Translations under genes and position numbers: made by a program | Virus record (IMG/VR): IMGVR_UViG_3300009566_000013 | Span: 1 to 30,659 of that record | Source: a virus | Lineage: Duplodnaviria; Caudoviricetes | DNA length: 30,659 bases | Reading direction: 5' to 3' (one strand) | The notes under the pieces: generated by a model | What the model was told of the DNA's origin: nothing | Seen by the model: only the letters and a program-made list of their open reading frames with translations | The model's database searches: none | In this document: positions 16,166 to 25,321 of the stretch, piece by piece | Numbering within the stretch: position 1 is the stretch's first letter | How the letters are laid out: the number at the start of each line of letters is the position of its first letter

Positions 16166-16881
16166 GCGCCCGTGACAACCTGAAGGCGGCACTACAAGCC
16201 GTGACCGATGCGATGAAAAGCCCGCTGGAAAACCGGAAACGCTTTGAGCGTGAAATGGAGCGCAGGTTGGGTGACGCATGGGCCGGGCAACGTGATACGC
16301 TAATGAAACTACTGGGCGATCCACCGAATTTGAGCAACGTGCCGGAGTCTTATTGGATCAATGGCGGCAAAGCGATAAGGAAAGCCGTCACCGGGGTATT
16401 TGAGAGTATCTACATTATGCAGGCTGAAGAATTAGCGCGGCAAGCCAGGCTGGTTGTGGACTGGCAACTGGTAAATAAGAAGGCGATAGAGTGGGCTGGG
16501 CAGCACGCAGGGGAACTGATTAAGAATTGGGAGCATACCAACCGGGAGACGTTAGTCGATTATATCCAGAAATATTATACGCAGGACTGGACGATTGACG
16601 ATCTTGCAGATAGATTATCTATTCTATTCGGGGAGCGCCGGGCTATGACCATCGCTATAACCGAGACCACACAGGCGGCGGTACAAAGTCAGATTGAGAC
16701 CGCGCGGGAATTATCGAATCTTTACGGTGTGCAATTCCAGGAAATATGGCGGGCAAGCGTTTATGAGCGCGTATGTGATGTATGCAATAGTAAGGATGGC
16801 AAACCTACATCTGAAGTCGGCTATCCCCCTGAGCATATCAACTGTGCCTGTTACGTGGAGTACGAGGTGCTGAAGGTATGA
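16162..16881 (+). CDS. MuF / SPP1 gp7-like minor head morphogenesis protein
   Basis: RAMTIAITET...W...ERVCDVC...PPEHINCAC. Confidence 0.85.
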   Translation: MSARDNLKAALQAVTDAMKSPLENRKRFEREMERRLGDAWAGQRDTLMKLLGDPPNLSNVPESYWINGGKAIRKAVTGVFESIYIMQAEELARQARLVVDWQLVNKKAIEWAGQHAGELIKNWEHTNRETLVDYIQKYYTQDWTIDDLADRLSILFGERRAMTIAITETTQAAVQSQIETARELSNLYGVQFQEIWRASVYERVCDVCNSKDGKPTSEVGYPPEHINCACYVEYEVLKV

Positions 16882-17273
16882 GCTACAGCATAACTATAAA
16901 AGGCGTGGATGAGCTTATGGCCAAGATAGACCCTATCAAAGACGGAAAGTGGGTCAAGAGTGGCATGGCATCCATTGGTGTGGAACTGGTTGGAAAGGCG
17001 CAGCAGTACCCGCCTATACCGGATGGTTCAACCTACCGCCGCACGAACAAGCTACGCAACTCGTGGACATTCGAGATCAACGACGATGGTGATGCTGTCA
17101 AGATCGGCAGCAGTGAGTCCGCCGTGCCTTACAACCGCTATGTCATGGATAGAGATATGCAAACCAAAATACACGCCTGGCATGGCTGGAAAACAATTCA
17201 GGGTATCCTGCAAATGAACCAGGAGCGCGTGACCGAGATTCTGCGTGCCTTCCTGCAAAGGGCGCTGAAATAA
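16878..17273 (+). CDS. HK97 gp10-like / virion morphogenesis (tail completion) protein
   Basis: ITIKGVDEL...YRRTNKLRNSW...VKIGS...Y.RYV pattern. Confidence 0.65.
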   Translation: MSYSITIKGVDELMAKIDPIKDGKWVKSGMASIGVELVGKAQQYPPIPDGSTYRRTNKLRNSWTFEINDDGDAVKIGSSESAVPYNRYVMDRDMQTKIHAWHGWKTIQGILQMNQERVTEILRAFLQRALK

Positions 17274-17285
17274 CGAGGTGAAACG

Positions 17286-18980
17286 ATGCAGCTAAAAATA
17301 CAGACAAAACCAGATGAAGCAAAGATGAAGACGCGCGAACCAGCGAAAATATCAAAGGCGTTTGGCGATTTATCCGGCGCAACTTACTCTGTGTTGGGCG
17401 TGCCTTACGGCGGGCCGTTTGATGGGCGTGACTCGGACGGTCAATACTTCAGCACGAACACAGACACTTGGCTAATGATGGGCGATGAGATACCCGTCAC
17501 TTATTATCACGGCTTTGGACCGGACGACCCGAGAGACTGGCAGGACCCGCCGGTGGTGATTGGATCCGCGAAGTATGTTAGCAATGATACACGCGGTCAT
17601 TGGTTTGACGTGAAGCTGGACGCTGGCGAGCCGTTGGCCAATCGCATCACCAGCACGAAAGCGGACATGGTCAAGGCGTCAAGCGGCGCGGTTGGCCACC
17701 TGGTGAGAGCATCAGAGGATGGGGAACTAACCACCTGGCCGATAGGGGAACTGGCGTTATTTGATATAAACGATTGGAGAAAACCGGCAAACGATTTTGC
17801 CGTTTTCATGGCAAAAGGGGAACAAATCGCAGAGGATTCAGCAAAGGCGCAGTCAGCGCAGCCTGAGTCAGTCGATGATACTCCGGCCATCATAGAAGAA
17901 AGTCTTACACAGGAGAATATCATGGACGAAACCACAGAAGTAAAGGCGGAATCACCCGCCGTTGACCTTGACGCAGTGATGAAAGAACTGGCGTCAATCA
18001 AGGCGATGTACAACGAAAAACCGTTGAACGCGCCGACCATCATCAAGGCTGAGAATCTTGGCAGCCCTGAACCCGGCAAAGCCTTCATGCACTATCTGCG
18101 CACAGGCGAACATACCAAAGGCCTGAAAGCCGCAATGGGTGAGGGGACTGCTGGAGTCGGCGGCTATCTTGTTCCTGACGACTTCTATGCCGGAATTGTC
18201 GAGAAGCGCAATGAGCTCAGTATCCCGCGCCGCGCTGGTGCAATGATTCTGCAAACCAGCCGCGATGTGCTGAATATCCCGGTTGAAGCCACCTCTCAAA
18301 CCTACTTCACGCAAAGCTCTCATGATATGGCAGCCGTGAGTGAGAATGAGCCGACTATCGGACAGGTTGCCGTGAACGTGTATGCCTTCACGAAGCTGGT
18401 CAAGGTATCGGAGGACCTGTTGGATGATAGCGCCGCGAATCTCAATCAATTTCTGGCTAACTCATTCGGACGCTGGGCGGCAATGACTGAGAACCGATGC
18501 GCCCTCATCGGCGCTGGCACCACTGCGCCCCAGGGCGTGACCGTTGGCGGAACCGCAGCGCTGACTTTCGACGACACCAACAGCATCGGTGCCGCCGAGA
18601 TACCGGAACTGTATCATAAGCTGGCGCAGGCTTACCGGCCCAACGCATGCTGGGTGTTGAATGATGATACCGTTGCGTACCTGCGCGGACTGACTTCTCA
18701 ATCGGTCTTCACGTTCGGACCGCATGAGATCGACGATGAGCGCATCATGAACAAGCCTTACTACACCTCAACCTACATGCCCGTTTACTCGACCACAGCT
18801 AACAAGAGCATTGTGTTCGGTGACTGGAGCTTGTATGCCCTGGTGGAGCGCAGGGGGTTGGTGATCCGCCGTCTGAATGAGCTGTACGCTGGCAACCGAC
18901 AGGTCGGTTTGCTGGCAACCATGCGCTTTGGCGGTGCAGTTTTACAGGCTGAAGCGTTTGCTGTAGCAAAGCAGGCCTGA
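17286..18980 (+). CDS. Prohead protease fused to HK97-fold major capsid protein
   Basis: N-terminal protease-like LGVPYGG..DSDGQYF, YYHG, SSGA and E.AL motifs. C-terminal HK97 capsid motifs GGYLVP, VSEN, VKVSEDLLDDS, IVFGDWS and R.GG.V. Confidence 0.9.
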   Translation: MQLKIQTKPDEAKMKTREPAKISKAFGDLSGATYSVLGVPYGGPFDGRDSDGQYFSTNTDTWLMMGDEIPVTYYHGFGPDDPRDWQDPPVVIGSAKYVSNDTRGHWFDVKLDAGEPLANRITSTKADMVKASSGAVGHLVRASEDGELTTWPIGELALFDINDWRKPANDFAVFMAKGEQIAEDSAKAQSAQPESVDDTPAIIEESLTQENIMDETTEVKAESPAVDLDAVMKELASIKAMYNEKPLNAPTIIKAENLGSPEPGKAFMHYLRTGEHTKGLKAAMGEGTAGVGGYLVPDDFYAGIVEKRNELSIPRRAGAMILQTSRDVLNIPVEATSQTYFTQSSHDMAAVSENEPTIGQVAVNVYAFTKLVKVSEDLLDDSAANLNQFLANSFGRWAAMTENRCALIGAGTTAPQGVTVGGTAALTFDDTNSIGAAEIPELYHKLAQAYRPNACWVLNDDTVAYLRGLTSQSVFTFGPHEIDDERIMNKPYYTSTYMPVYSTTANKSIVFGDWSLYALVERRGLVIRRLNELYAGNRQVGLLATMRFGGAVLQAEAFAVAKQA

Positions 18981-18992
18981 GTTTTAGCGATT

Positions 18993-19016
18993 AGGGAGGG
19001 GAGCGATCCCCTCCCT
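18993..19016 (+). terminator. Hairpin after the capsid gene
   Basis: 10-bp stem AGGGAGGGGA/TCCCCTCCCT with a GCGA (GNRA) tetraloop; no U-tract. Confidence 0.6.
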
Positions 19017-19024
19017 GGAAGGAC

Positions 19025-19462
19025 GTGAAAATGGAAGAACTATTCGCTTATGTGAAACCAGCAATGGCGATCATACCGATCAGTAAGTCAAACGCCGCAA
19101 TCGCAGCCACATCGGTAGATGCTAATGGATATGGACGCGCCTGTTTCCTGATTATGGTAGGTTCTATGGGTTCAGGTGCCGGCATGACCTGCGCAGTGAC
19201 CGAATCAGCTACAAGCGGTGGAACCTACACAGCCCACAGCCCGGCAGCAGCCATCATTCCAATTGATGCGACATCCGGCGCAAATAAGGTGTATGCCATT
19301 GATGTAGGTATCAACGTGGACAAGCCCTATCTCAAACTATATGGCACCTGCGGTACGGCAGCGATCCTGCACGGTGCTGTTGCCCTGCTCTACCGGGGGA
19401 ACCACTCGGTAGACCCTGACCTCGATACTGTTTTGAGCCAGTATGTGAGGAAAATATCATAA
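19025..19462 (+). CDS. Probable capsid decoration/cement protein
   Basis: Directly after the capsid gene; small Ala/Gly/Thr-rich beta protein (VDANGY..A.F...VTESATSGGTYT...KPYLKL). The start may be ATG 19031. Confidence 0.6.
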   Translation: MKMEELFAYVKPAMAIIPISKSNAAIAATSVDANGYGRACFLIMVGSMGSGAGMTCAVTESATSGGTYTAHSPAAAIIPIDATSGANKVYAIDVGINVDKPYLKLYGTCGTAAILHGAVALLYRGNHSVDPDLDTVLSQYVRKIS

Positions 19463-19468
19463 ACCAAA

Positions 19469-19492
19469 GCCCTGGTGGGTAACTTCCAGGGC
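19469..19492 (+). terminator. Hairpin after the decoration gene
   Basis: GCCCTGG/CCAGGGC stem capped by a GTAA (GNRA) tetraloop. Confidence 0.5.
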
Positions 19493-19503
19493 AAAGGATA
19501 AAC

Positions 19504-19704
19504 ATGAAGATACGAATACTTGAAGATGTGATCGGATGGGTGCAAGGCGCTTCTGTTCCGTTTCGTAAGGGGCAGGAAGTTGAAATAAACGACAAGGACG
19601 CGGACGAGTTGATTCGCGGGCGGTATGCAGAACTGGTAAAACCAGCGGTCAAGATTGTCAGCAAACCGCCGATGGATAAAGCGGTCAAGATTCGCAAGGG
19701 CTAA
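19504..19704 (+). CDS. Small head-associated hypothetical protein
   Basis: MKIRIL...KGQEVEI...A.ELIRGRYAE, a pattern common between capsid and adaptor genes; RBS AAAGGA. Confidence 0.7.
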   Translation: MKIRILEDVIGWVQGASVPFRKGQEVEINDKDADELIRGRYAELVKPAVKIVSKPPMDKAVKIRKG

Positions 19705-19706
19705 CT

Positions 19707-20309
19707 ATGGGCATAAATAACGGATACACGACACTGGTAACGGTGCAAACCGCGCTCGGCATCCCGTCAACGGATCAAACGAATGATATCTACATCCAGG
19801 CAACCATCGAATCCGTTAGTCGGCTGATTGACAATTACACCGGGAGAAAATTCTACAGCGAGGCTGAGACGAATTACTACACCCCGGTATCAAGTGATAC
19901 GCTCTACGTGGATGACCTGCTATCGGTTACCACGCTGAAGACGGATGACGATGAGGACGGCACATTCGAGACCACATGGGCGGAAACGGATTATCACCTG
20001 CTGCCATTCAACGCGGCCAACAGGAACGCGCCATATACTCGTATTGAGACCAGCGGATATGGCAATTATTCCTTCCCCCTGGGCGTGCGCAAGGCCGTGC
20101 AGATCGTGGGTACATTCGGCTATTGCACCACCGCCAACCTACCAGAGCCGGTGAGTGAAGCGTGCAAGTTGCAGAGCATCCGGTTTGTGAAACGCACTGA
20201 CGCACCGTTTGGAGTAATCGGGGTCAACGACATGCAGCAAGCCGTCACCATGCCGGAGCTTGACCCGGACGTGAAGATGTTACTCAGTCCATATGTGAGG
20301 CGGGTGTAA
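19707..20309 (+). CDS. Head-tail adaptor (gp6/gp15-like connector)
   Basis: YTTL..V..ALGI...SRLIDNYTGRKF...LPEPVSEAC...LDPDVKMLLSPY. Confidence 0.8.
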   Translation: MGINNGYTTLVTVQTALGIPSTDQTNDIYIQATIESVSRLIDNYTGRKFYSEAETNYYTPVSSDTLYVDDLLSVTTLKTDDDEDGTFETTWAETDYHLLPFNAANRNAPYTRIETSGYGNYSFPLGVRKAVQIVGTFGYCTTANLPEPVSEACKLQSIRFVKRTDAPFGVIGVNDMQQAVTMPELDPDVKMLLSPYVRRV

Positions 20310-20737
20310 TGGCTTTACAAGATGTAATTGATCGTATGGAAACGAAGATCGAAGCCATATCCGGTATTAAGGGCGCATCCAATTATCTCCCGGAAGCACT
20401 GCCGGTTACTGAAAACTGGGTGGTTATTTATCCGGGTGAAACGCGCTTCATGGGCGGCAATCCGGCAGGAATGATGACCGCGCTCTACAGCGTGATCGTG
20501 GAGCTGCACAGCCCGCGTCAGAATCTACCGGCGGCTATTAAGCGAGTCATGCCATATTTCAGCGCAATCCCTAACGCGCTCTATGATGATCTGTTTGACG
20601 GCTTACTAAATAACACGGTATCCACCATTGGAGACATTACCAGCAGCGGGCTTATTTCGATGCAATACGCCGGCATTGATACCGTTGGGTTCCGCTATAC
20701 CGTGAACAATATCAAGATTCAATCCACAGTTTCCTAA
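20309..20737 (+). CDS. Probable tail terminator / neck protein
   Basis: Size (142 aa), alpha/beta pattern and position after the adaptor. Confidence 0.55.
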   Translation: MALQDVIDRMETKIEAISGIKGASNYLPEALPVTENWVVIYPGETRFMGGNPAGMMTALYSVIVELHSPRQNLPAAIKRVMPYFSAIPNALYDDLFDGLLNNTVSTIGDITSSGLISMQYAGIDTVGFRYTVNNIKIQSTVS

Positions 20738-20745
20738 GGAGCAAC

Positions 20746-21480
20746 TTGGTCGAGACAAACGTACTCAATACCCTTCCGATAATGAACTGGCCGTTCCCCC
20801 GCGTGCTGGTATCTTTTCTTCTAGAAAGGTCTATCAGCTATGCTGATCTTGTCTTCCCGTCCATTGTGCAAATTGCCGCGCAGGGACCGGTGGTGCTGAA
20901 TATGCCCTATCAACGCACAGACCTGGCACGCAATAAGGCGGCAATTGAACTATTGAAAACAGATTTTACGCACCTGCTCATGCTCGATATTGACCATATA
21001 CACCCGCATGACATTGTACAAAGGCTATCCCGCTGGGTACTGGCTGACCCGAAAAAGTTTCAAGTCGTGGGCGGGCTTAACTTCAGGCGGTCAGAGCCGC
21101 ACGACCCATGCGCATACACCTATGATGAGACGGATCAATCTATGTGGACAGTGGAGTGGGATGAAAATACCGAGATCGTGGAGGTTGACCGGCTCGGTAC
21201 AGGCTCGATCCTGATAGCTCGTGAGGTATTCGAAACGATTGAGCCGCCCTGGTTCTATAATGATTACTCCCAGGTGTGGGCGGATAAATGGCCAGGGGAG
21301 GATATTGGCTTCTCGCGCAAGTGCAAGGATGCCGGAATAAAGATGTGGGTTGACTGCAAAACCACCAGTCCACATATCACCAACGCAGTGGTGGATGAGT
21401 CCTCATGGCGGCGGTGGAAAGAAGCGAACCCTGGTAAGCTGAAAGAGGGCGTGCGGACGCAGCAGGAGGGGCGGTCGTGA
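20746..21480 (+). CDS. GT-A fold (GT2-like) glycosyltransferase
   Basis: ARN..A...THLLMLDID (DxD), GTGSILIAREVF, GEDIGF; RBS TAAGGAG with a TTG start. Confidence 0.8.
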   Translation: MVETNVLNTLPIMNWPFPRVLVSFLLERSISYADLVFPSIVQIAAQGPVVLNMPYQRTDLARNKAAIELLKTDFTHLLMLDIDHIHPHDIVQRLSRWVLADPKKFQVVGGLNFRRSEPHDPCAYTYDETDQSMWTVEWDENTEIVEVDRLGTGSILIAREVFETIEPPWFYNDYSQVWADKWPGEDIGFSRKCKDAGIKMWVDCKTTSPHITNAVVDESSWRRWKEANPGKLKEGVRTQQEGRS

Positions 21481-22097
21481 GCGTCTCAGTCGTGATCGTG
21501 GGTATCAACCAATGGGAAGAATACACCCGTCCGCTGATAGCAGGTATCTGGGCGCATGAACCGGATGTTCAAATCTGTGTGATCGACAACGCCAGCGATG
21601 AACCCTACCCGCAGGCTCCGCATATTTACCGGGTAGAGAAGCGGTTATCCTACGCCGCCGCAATCAACGAGGGCGTGAAGCACACAACTGGCGAGTGGAT
21701 TCTATCGCTGAATAATGATATACGCTGTAACGGCCCGTTTGTAGAGACTATCCATAGCCTGAAGCCGGATGCCATTTACGGAAGACAAATCATCGAAGAA
21801 TCCGGGCATGTGTGGCTGGGCAACTGGCTGGCGCTCATCCCGCGCGTGATCTTCAGGAAGGTGGGCGAGTTTGACCCGGAGTTCAGAGCGTGCGGGTTCG
21901 AGGACGCGGACTACTGCGTGAGAGCGAAGGAACTCGGCATCGATACGAGGGCGGTGAACCTGCCGTTTACGCATTTATGGGGAAAGACGCGATGGGCGAT
22001 TCCCGGATATGACCAAACGCGGGTGCATAACATTGATTACTTCGAACAGAAGCATGGCTATAGACTGGGCGGCAACATGACGGTGACGCATGACTAA
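21477..22097 (+). CDS. GT2-family glycosyltransferase
   Basis: VSVVIV, VIDNASD, YAAAINEG, LNND, GEFDPEF..GFEDADYC.R. Confidence 0.9.
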   Translation: MSVSVVIVGINQWEEYTRPLIAGIWAHEPDVQICVIDNASDEPYPQAPHIYRVEKRLSYAAAINEGVKHTTGEWILSLNNDIRCNGPFVETIHSLKPDAIYGRQIIEESGHVWLGNWLALIPRVIFRKVGEFDPEFRACGFEDADYCVRAKELGIDTRAVNLPFTHLWGKTRWAIPGYDQTRVHNIDYFEQKHGYRLGGNMTVTHD

Positions 22098-22731
22098 ACT
22101 CGGCATATTACCGGCGGCTGGCAAAAGCACACGCTTTGGGGGCATATTCAAAGAACTGCTGCCAGTCGGCAAGGATGAAACGCTGATATCCAGGGCGGTT
22201 GACACACTCAAAATGGCGGGCGTGGACAACGTGCTGGTGGTGACAAGTCACTACAAAGTGGCGGCGCACTCGATGGCTTTGCAGAATTACAACGTGAAAT
22301 ATGCCGTGCAGAGGGATTACTCCCATGACGTATGGGGCGCTATCATCGAATCGTTTGACATGAGCGCGGACAGGAATTACTACCTCATGCCCGATACACT
22401 GATACCAAGCGGCTGCCTGCCGATGGAAACAGAAGCGGATTTTACTTTGGGGATATTCACAACGCTCACGCCGCAGAATTATGGCGTGTTACTCAACGGT
22501 GAAATCACCGACAAAGACACAACCATCAGCGGTGTACAGCAAGCATGGGGGGCGCTGATATGGTCAATGAACGTGGTAAGATTCTGGAAAAAGTGGATAG
22601 CCGGCATCACCAGCCACACGCAGGCGTTCAATATGGCAATGAGCGAGTTTGGCTATGACCTGTTCGAGATCCCGGAATACCATGACATCGGCAGTTTTGA
22701 CGCTTACAAGGAATTCATAGCCCATGTCTGA
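22090..22731 (+). CDS. Sugar-1-phosphate nucleotidyltransferase (RmlA/GalU-like fold)
   Basis: GILPAAGKSTRF...KELLPVG signature, MPD and terminal YHDIGS. Confidence 0.85.
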   Translation: MTKLGILPAAGKSTRFGGIFKELLPVGKDETLISRAVDTLKMAGVDNVLVVTSHYKVAAHSMALQNYNVKYAVQRDYSHDVWGAIIESFDMSADRNYYLMPDTLIPSGCLPMETEADFTLGIFTTLTPQNYGVLLNGEITDKDTTISGVQQAWGALIWSMNVVRFWKKWIAGITSHTQAFNMAMSEFGYDLFEIPEYHDIGSFDAYKEFIAHV

Positions 22732-23398
22732 CCCATACAAGATCGACCTGCTGAACGGCCGCAAGTTTACCGTATGCACAGATGAAGCGCAGGACTGGTA
22801 TGACCCGATCAAATGGTACACGCAGCTTGAGTACCAATGGGTGCTTGATAACGTGAAACTGGAAGGCGAGAAGGTATTGGAATGCGGCGGGCATCATGGG
22901 CATTATTCCCTAATACTAGCAGCCGACAATCAACTGGTAGTTGTAGAGCCGCATCCAGAAAACGTGAGGATTATTAAGCACAATTTGAGCGATAACAACG
23001 TCAAGGCAGCGCAAGTAATCACCGGCGCGGTTGCGGACAAGCATGAGTACCGCCAATTCAGCGGGGCAACCAATGGGCGGTTGGTGAACTATGGCGGGTT
23101 CGCGGTGCAGTGTTACACCCTGAAGGAATTACTACCGGATGCTGGCATCATCAAACTGGACATTGAAGGTGGAGAATACAATGTGCTACCAGATGGCATT
23201 GAGCAGATGCCGAAGACGCATACATGGATCATCGAACTTCACCCACAATTCGGCAACCCGGTACATATATGCAATGCCTTCTTGAAAGCGGGCTTTGACG
23301 CGGTCAAGGTATGCCGTGAACATAAGCAGGTAGAACCTTACGACATGAGCGAAGACTGGCGCACACACGCAACGGTGATATTCAGGCGGGCGCTATGA
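22724..23398 (+). CDS. FkbM-family SAM-dependent methyltransferase
   Basis: VLECGGHHGHYS, VEPHPEN, AVAD, IKLDIEGGE, IIELH. Confidence 0.85.
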   Translation: MSDPYKIDLLNGRKFTVCTDEAQDWYDPIKWYTQLEYQWVLDNVKLEGEKVLECGGHHGHYSLILAADNQLVVVEPHPENVRIIKHNLSDNNVKAAQVITGAVADKHEYRQFSGATNGRLVNYGGFAVQCYTLKELLPDAGIIKLDIEGGEYNVLPDGIEQMPKTHTWIIELHPQFGNPVHICNAFLKAGFDAVKVCREHKQVEPYDMSEDWRTHATVIFRRAL

Positions 23399-24003
23399 CC
23401 GTTCAACTCTACTGCGGCGACTGCCTTGAAGTGATGAAGAATATCCCAGACAAGAGCGTGGATATGACTTTCACTTCACCACCATTCAAAGAGCAGGATA
23501 TAGAGGGAGAGTATTGGAATGAATACGATAAGTGGTTCTTTGAAATTATGAGGGTTACGAGTAAGGTGGTTTGTATTATTCATTCGGCTACAAAGCTAAA
23601 TCATCTAATTCTGAATTACCCACCAAAAAGGACAATGATTTGGGGAAAGGGTTTCTCGCAATATAGCTGGAGATTCAACCCGATACTTGTTTACCAAATA
23701 TCTGATGAATACAAAGTAAATAAATATATTTATTCAGATACTTTTGGGGTTCAACCTGTGTCCTCAAAAAGTGAAAGCAGAGTACACATTTATCAAGATC
23801 CTGAAATTCTCTATAAAGTAATTGTGAGAATGTTCAAAGGTTGTGAGACTGTATTCGACCCATTTATGGGAAGTGGTACAACCGGAATAGTCTCTATACT
23901 CGAGGGTAGAAATTTTATCGGATGTGAAATGGATGAGACCTACTACGCTATCGCTGAAAAAAGAATCAAGGACGCGCAACAACAGATGAGGCTACCTGTA
24001 TGA
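23395..24003 (+). CDS. DNA methyltransferase, beta class (SPPF, N4-cytosine-like)
   Basis: GDCLEVM..IPDKSVD, motif IV TSPPF preceding motif I DPFMGSGTTG, RNFIGCE. Confidence 0.85.
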   Translation: MTVQLYCGDCLEVMKNIPDKSVDMTFTSPPFKEQDIEGEYWNEYDKWFFEIMRVTSKVVCIIHSATKLNHLILNYPPKRTMIWGKGFSQYSWRFNPILVYQISDEYKVNKYIYSDTFGVQPVSSKSESRVHIYQDPEILYKVIVRMFKGCETVFDPFMGSGTTGIVSILEGRNFIGCEMDETYYAIAEKRIKDAQQQMRLPV

Positions 24004-24644
24004 ACTGGAGTGATTACAAGGGCAAGCACACGGGCGAGACCGCGCTCATCATCGGCAATGGGCCGAGCCTCAACCAGGTACCGACATACTTCTTCCACAA
24101 GTACCCGACTTTCGGCACGAACAGGATTTACCTGAAGAAAGGATTTACCCCGACTTATTATGTTTCGGTTAATCCTCTGGTAATCGAGCAATATGCGGAT
24201 GATATAGCTGGGATTGATGCTCCGAAATTCCTACCCGCCGCCTTCTGTTTCGATGATACCTGCCTGCCGTTGCAATCCGCTGGTTTGCCGGTCTTCAGCA
24301 CGGACGCGTCAAACTGGATTTATGAGGGGCATACCGTGACTTTCGTGTGTATGCAGATAGCGTTCTATATGGGGTTTGATACCGTCCTGCTGGTGGGCGT
24401 TGACCATTCGTTTACCTACAGCGGCGCGCCGAATCAAGAGATGGTATTGGATGGTAACGACCCGAATCACTTTTCACCGGATTACTTCAAGGGGGCACGG
24501 TGGAATAACCCTGACCTGGTGCGCAGCGAACATGCCTATAGACTGGCGCGGGAGATGTATGAGCTACATGGCAAGCGGCTGATAAACCTCACGCCCGGCA
24601 CGAAGGAGAATGCTTTGGAAAAAGGAAATATATCTGAATGGTAG
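24000..24644 (+). CDS. Maf/DUF115 (MptE-like, sialyltransferase-fold) transferase
   Basis: ALIIGNGPSL, GTNRIY, PTYYV, MQIAFYMGF..V.LVGVDH, DPNHF..DYF. Confidence 0.8.
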   Translation: MNWSDYKGKHTGETALIIGNGPSLNQVPTYFFHKYPTFGTNRIYLKKGFTPTYYVSVNPLVIEQYADDIAGIDAPKFLPAAFCFDDTCLPLQSAGLPVFSTDASNWIYEGHTVTFVCMQIAFYMGFDTVLLVGVDHSFTYSGAPNQEMVLDGNDPNHFSPDYFKGARWNNPDLVRSEHAYRLAREMYELHGKRLINLTPGTKENALEKGNISEW

Positions 24645-25321
24645 ACGTCACCTTGTATCATGGCGACTGCCTTGAAGTGATGAGGTCCATCCCTGAAAAG
24701 TCCATTGACGCGGTGATTACTGACCCGCCGTATGGGATAGACTATCAATCCGTCTGGCGGATTGGTAGCGAAAGAAAGCCAAAAATCGAGAACGACAAGA
24801 GACCGTTTATTTGGTGGCTGAACGAAGCCTTTAGGGTCACAAATGACAAGGGGGTATTACTTACCTTTTGTGACTGGAGGTATCAGGATTTATGGAAATC
24901 AGTTATCGAGGTGGCAGGATACTCAATAAAATCGCATGTAATTTGGGATAGGGATTGGCACGGATTAGGTGATTTGAATGGTCAATTTGCACCCCAGCAT
25001 GATATTATCTGGTTTGCTACTAAAGGTGATTTTTCCTTCCAAAACGGGAGACCAAAGGACGTTATCAGGTCAAGAAGATTACCAGCTGAGGACTTGGTAC
25101 ATCCAAACGAAAAACCATCTTCCCTGATGCAGATATTAGCTAATAGTGTAACAGGTGCATTTTCTACCATCCTCGACCCCTTCATGGGTTCAGGCACCAC
25201 CGGCGTGGCGTGTGTGCAGACGGGGCGCAACTTCATCGGCATTGAGATTGACGAAGGCTATTTCAAGATAGCGGAGAAAAGAATCGAAGAGGCTAAACAA
25301 CAAATGAGGCTGCCATTATGA
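24638..25321 (+). CDS. DNA methyltransferase, beta class (DPPY, N6-adenine-like)
   Basis: TDPPYG, HPNEKP, LDPFMGSGTTG, RNFIGIEID. Confidence 0.92.
   Translation: MVDVTLYHGDCLEVMRSIPEKSIDAVITDPPYGIDYQSVWRIGSERKPKIENDKRPFIWWLNEAFRVTNDKGVLLTFCDWRYQDLWKSVIEVAGYSIKSHVIWDRDWHGLGDLNGQFAPQHDIIWFATKGDFSFQNGRPKDVIRSRRLPAEDLVHPNEKPSSLMQILANSVTGAFSTILDPFMGSGTTGVACVQTGRNFIGIEIDEGYFKIAEKRIEEAKQQMRLPL

Noticed and set aside
23395-25321. Restriction-modification system
   Set aside because: No cognate restriction endonuclease is adjacent; both MTases appear to be orphans.
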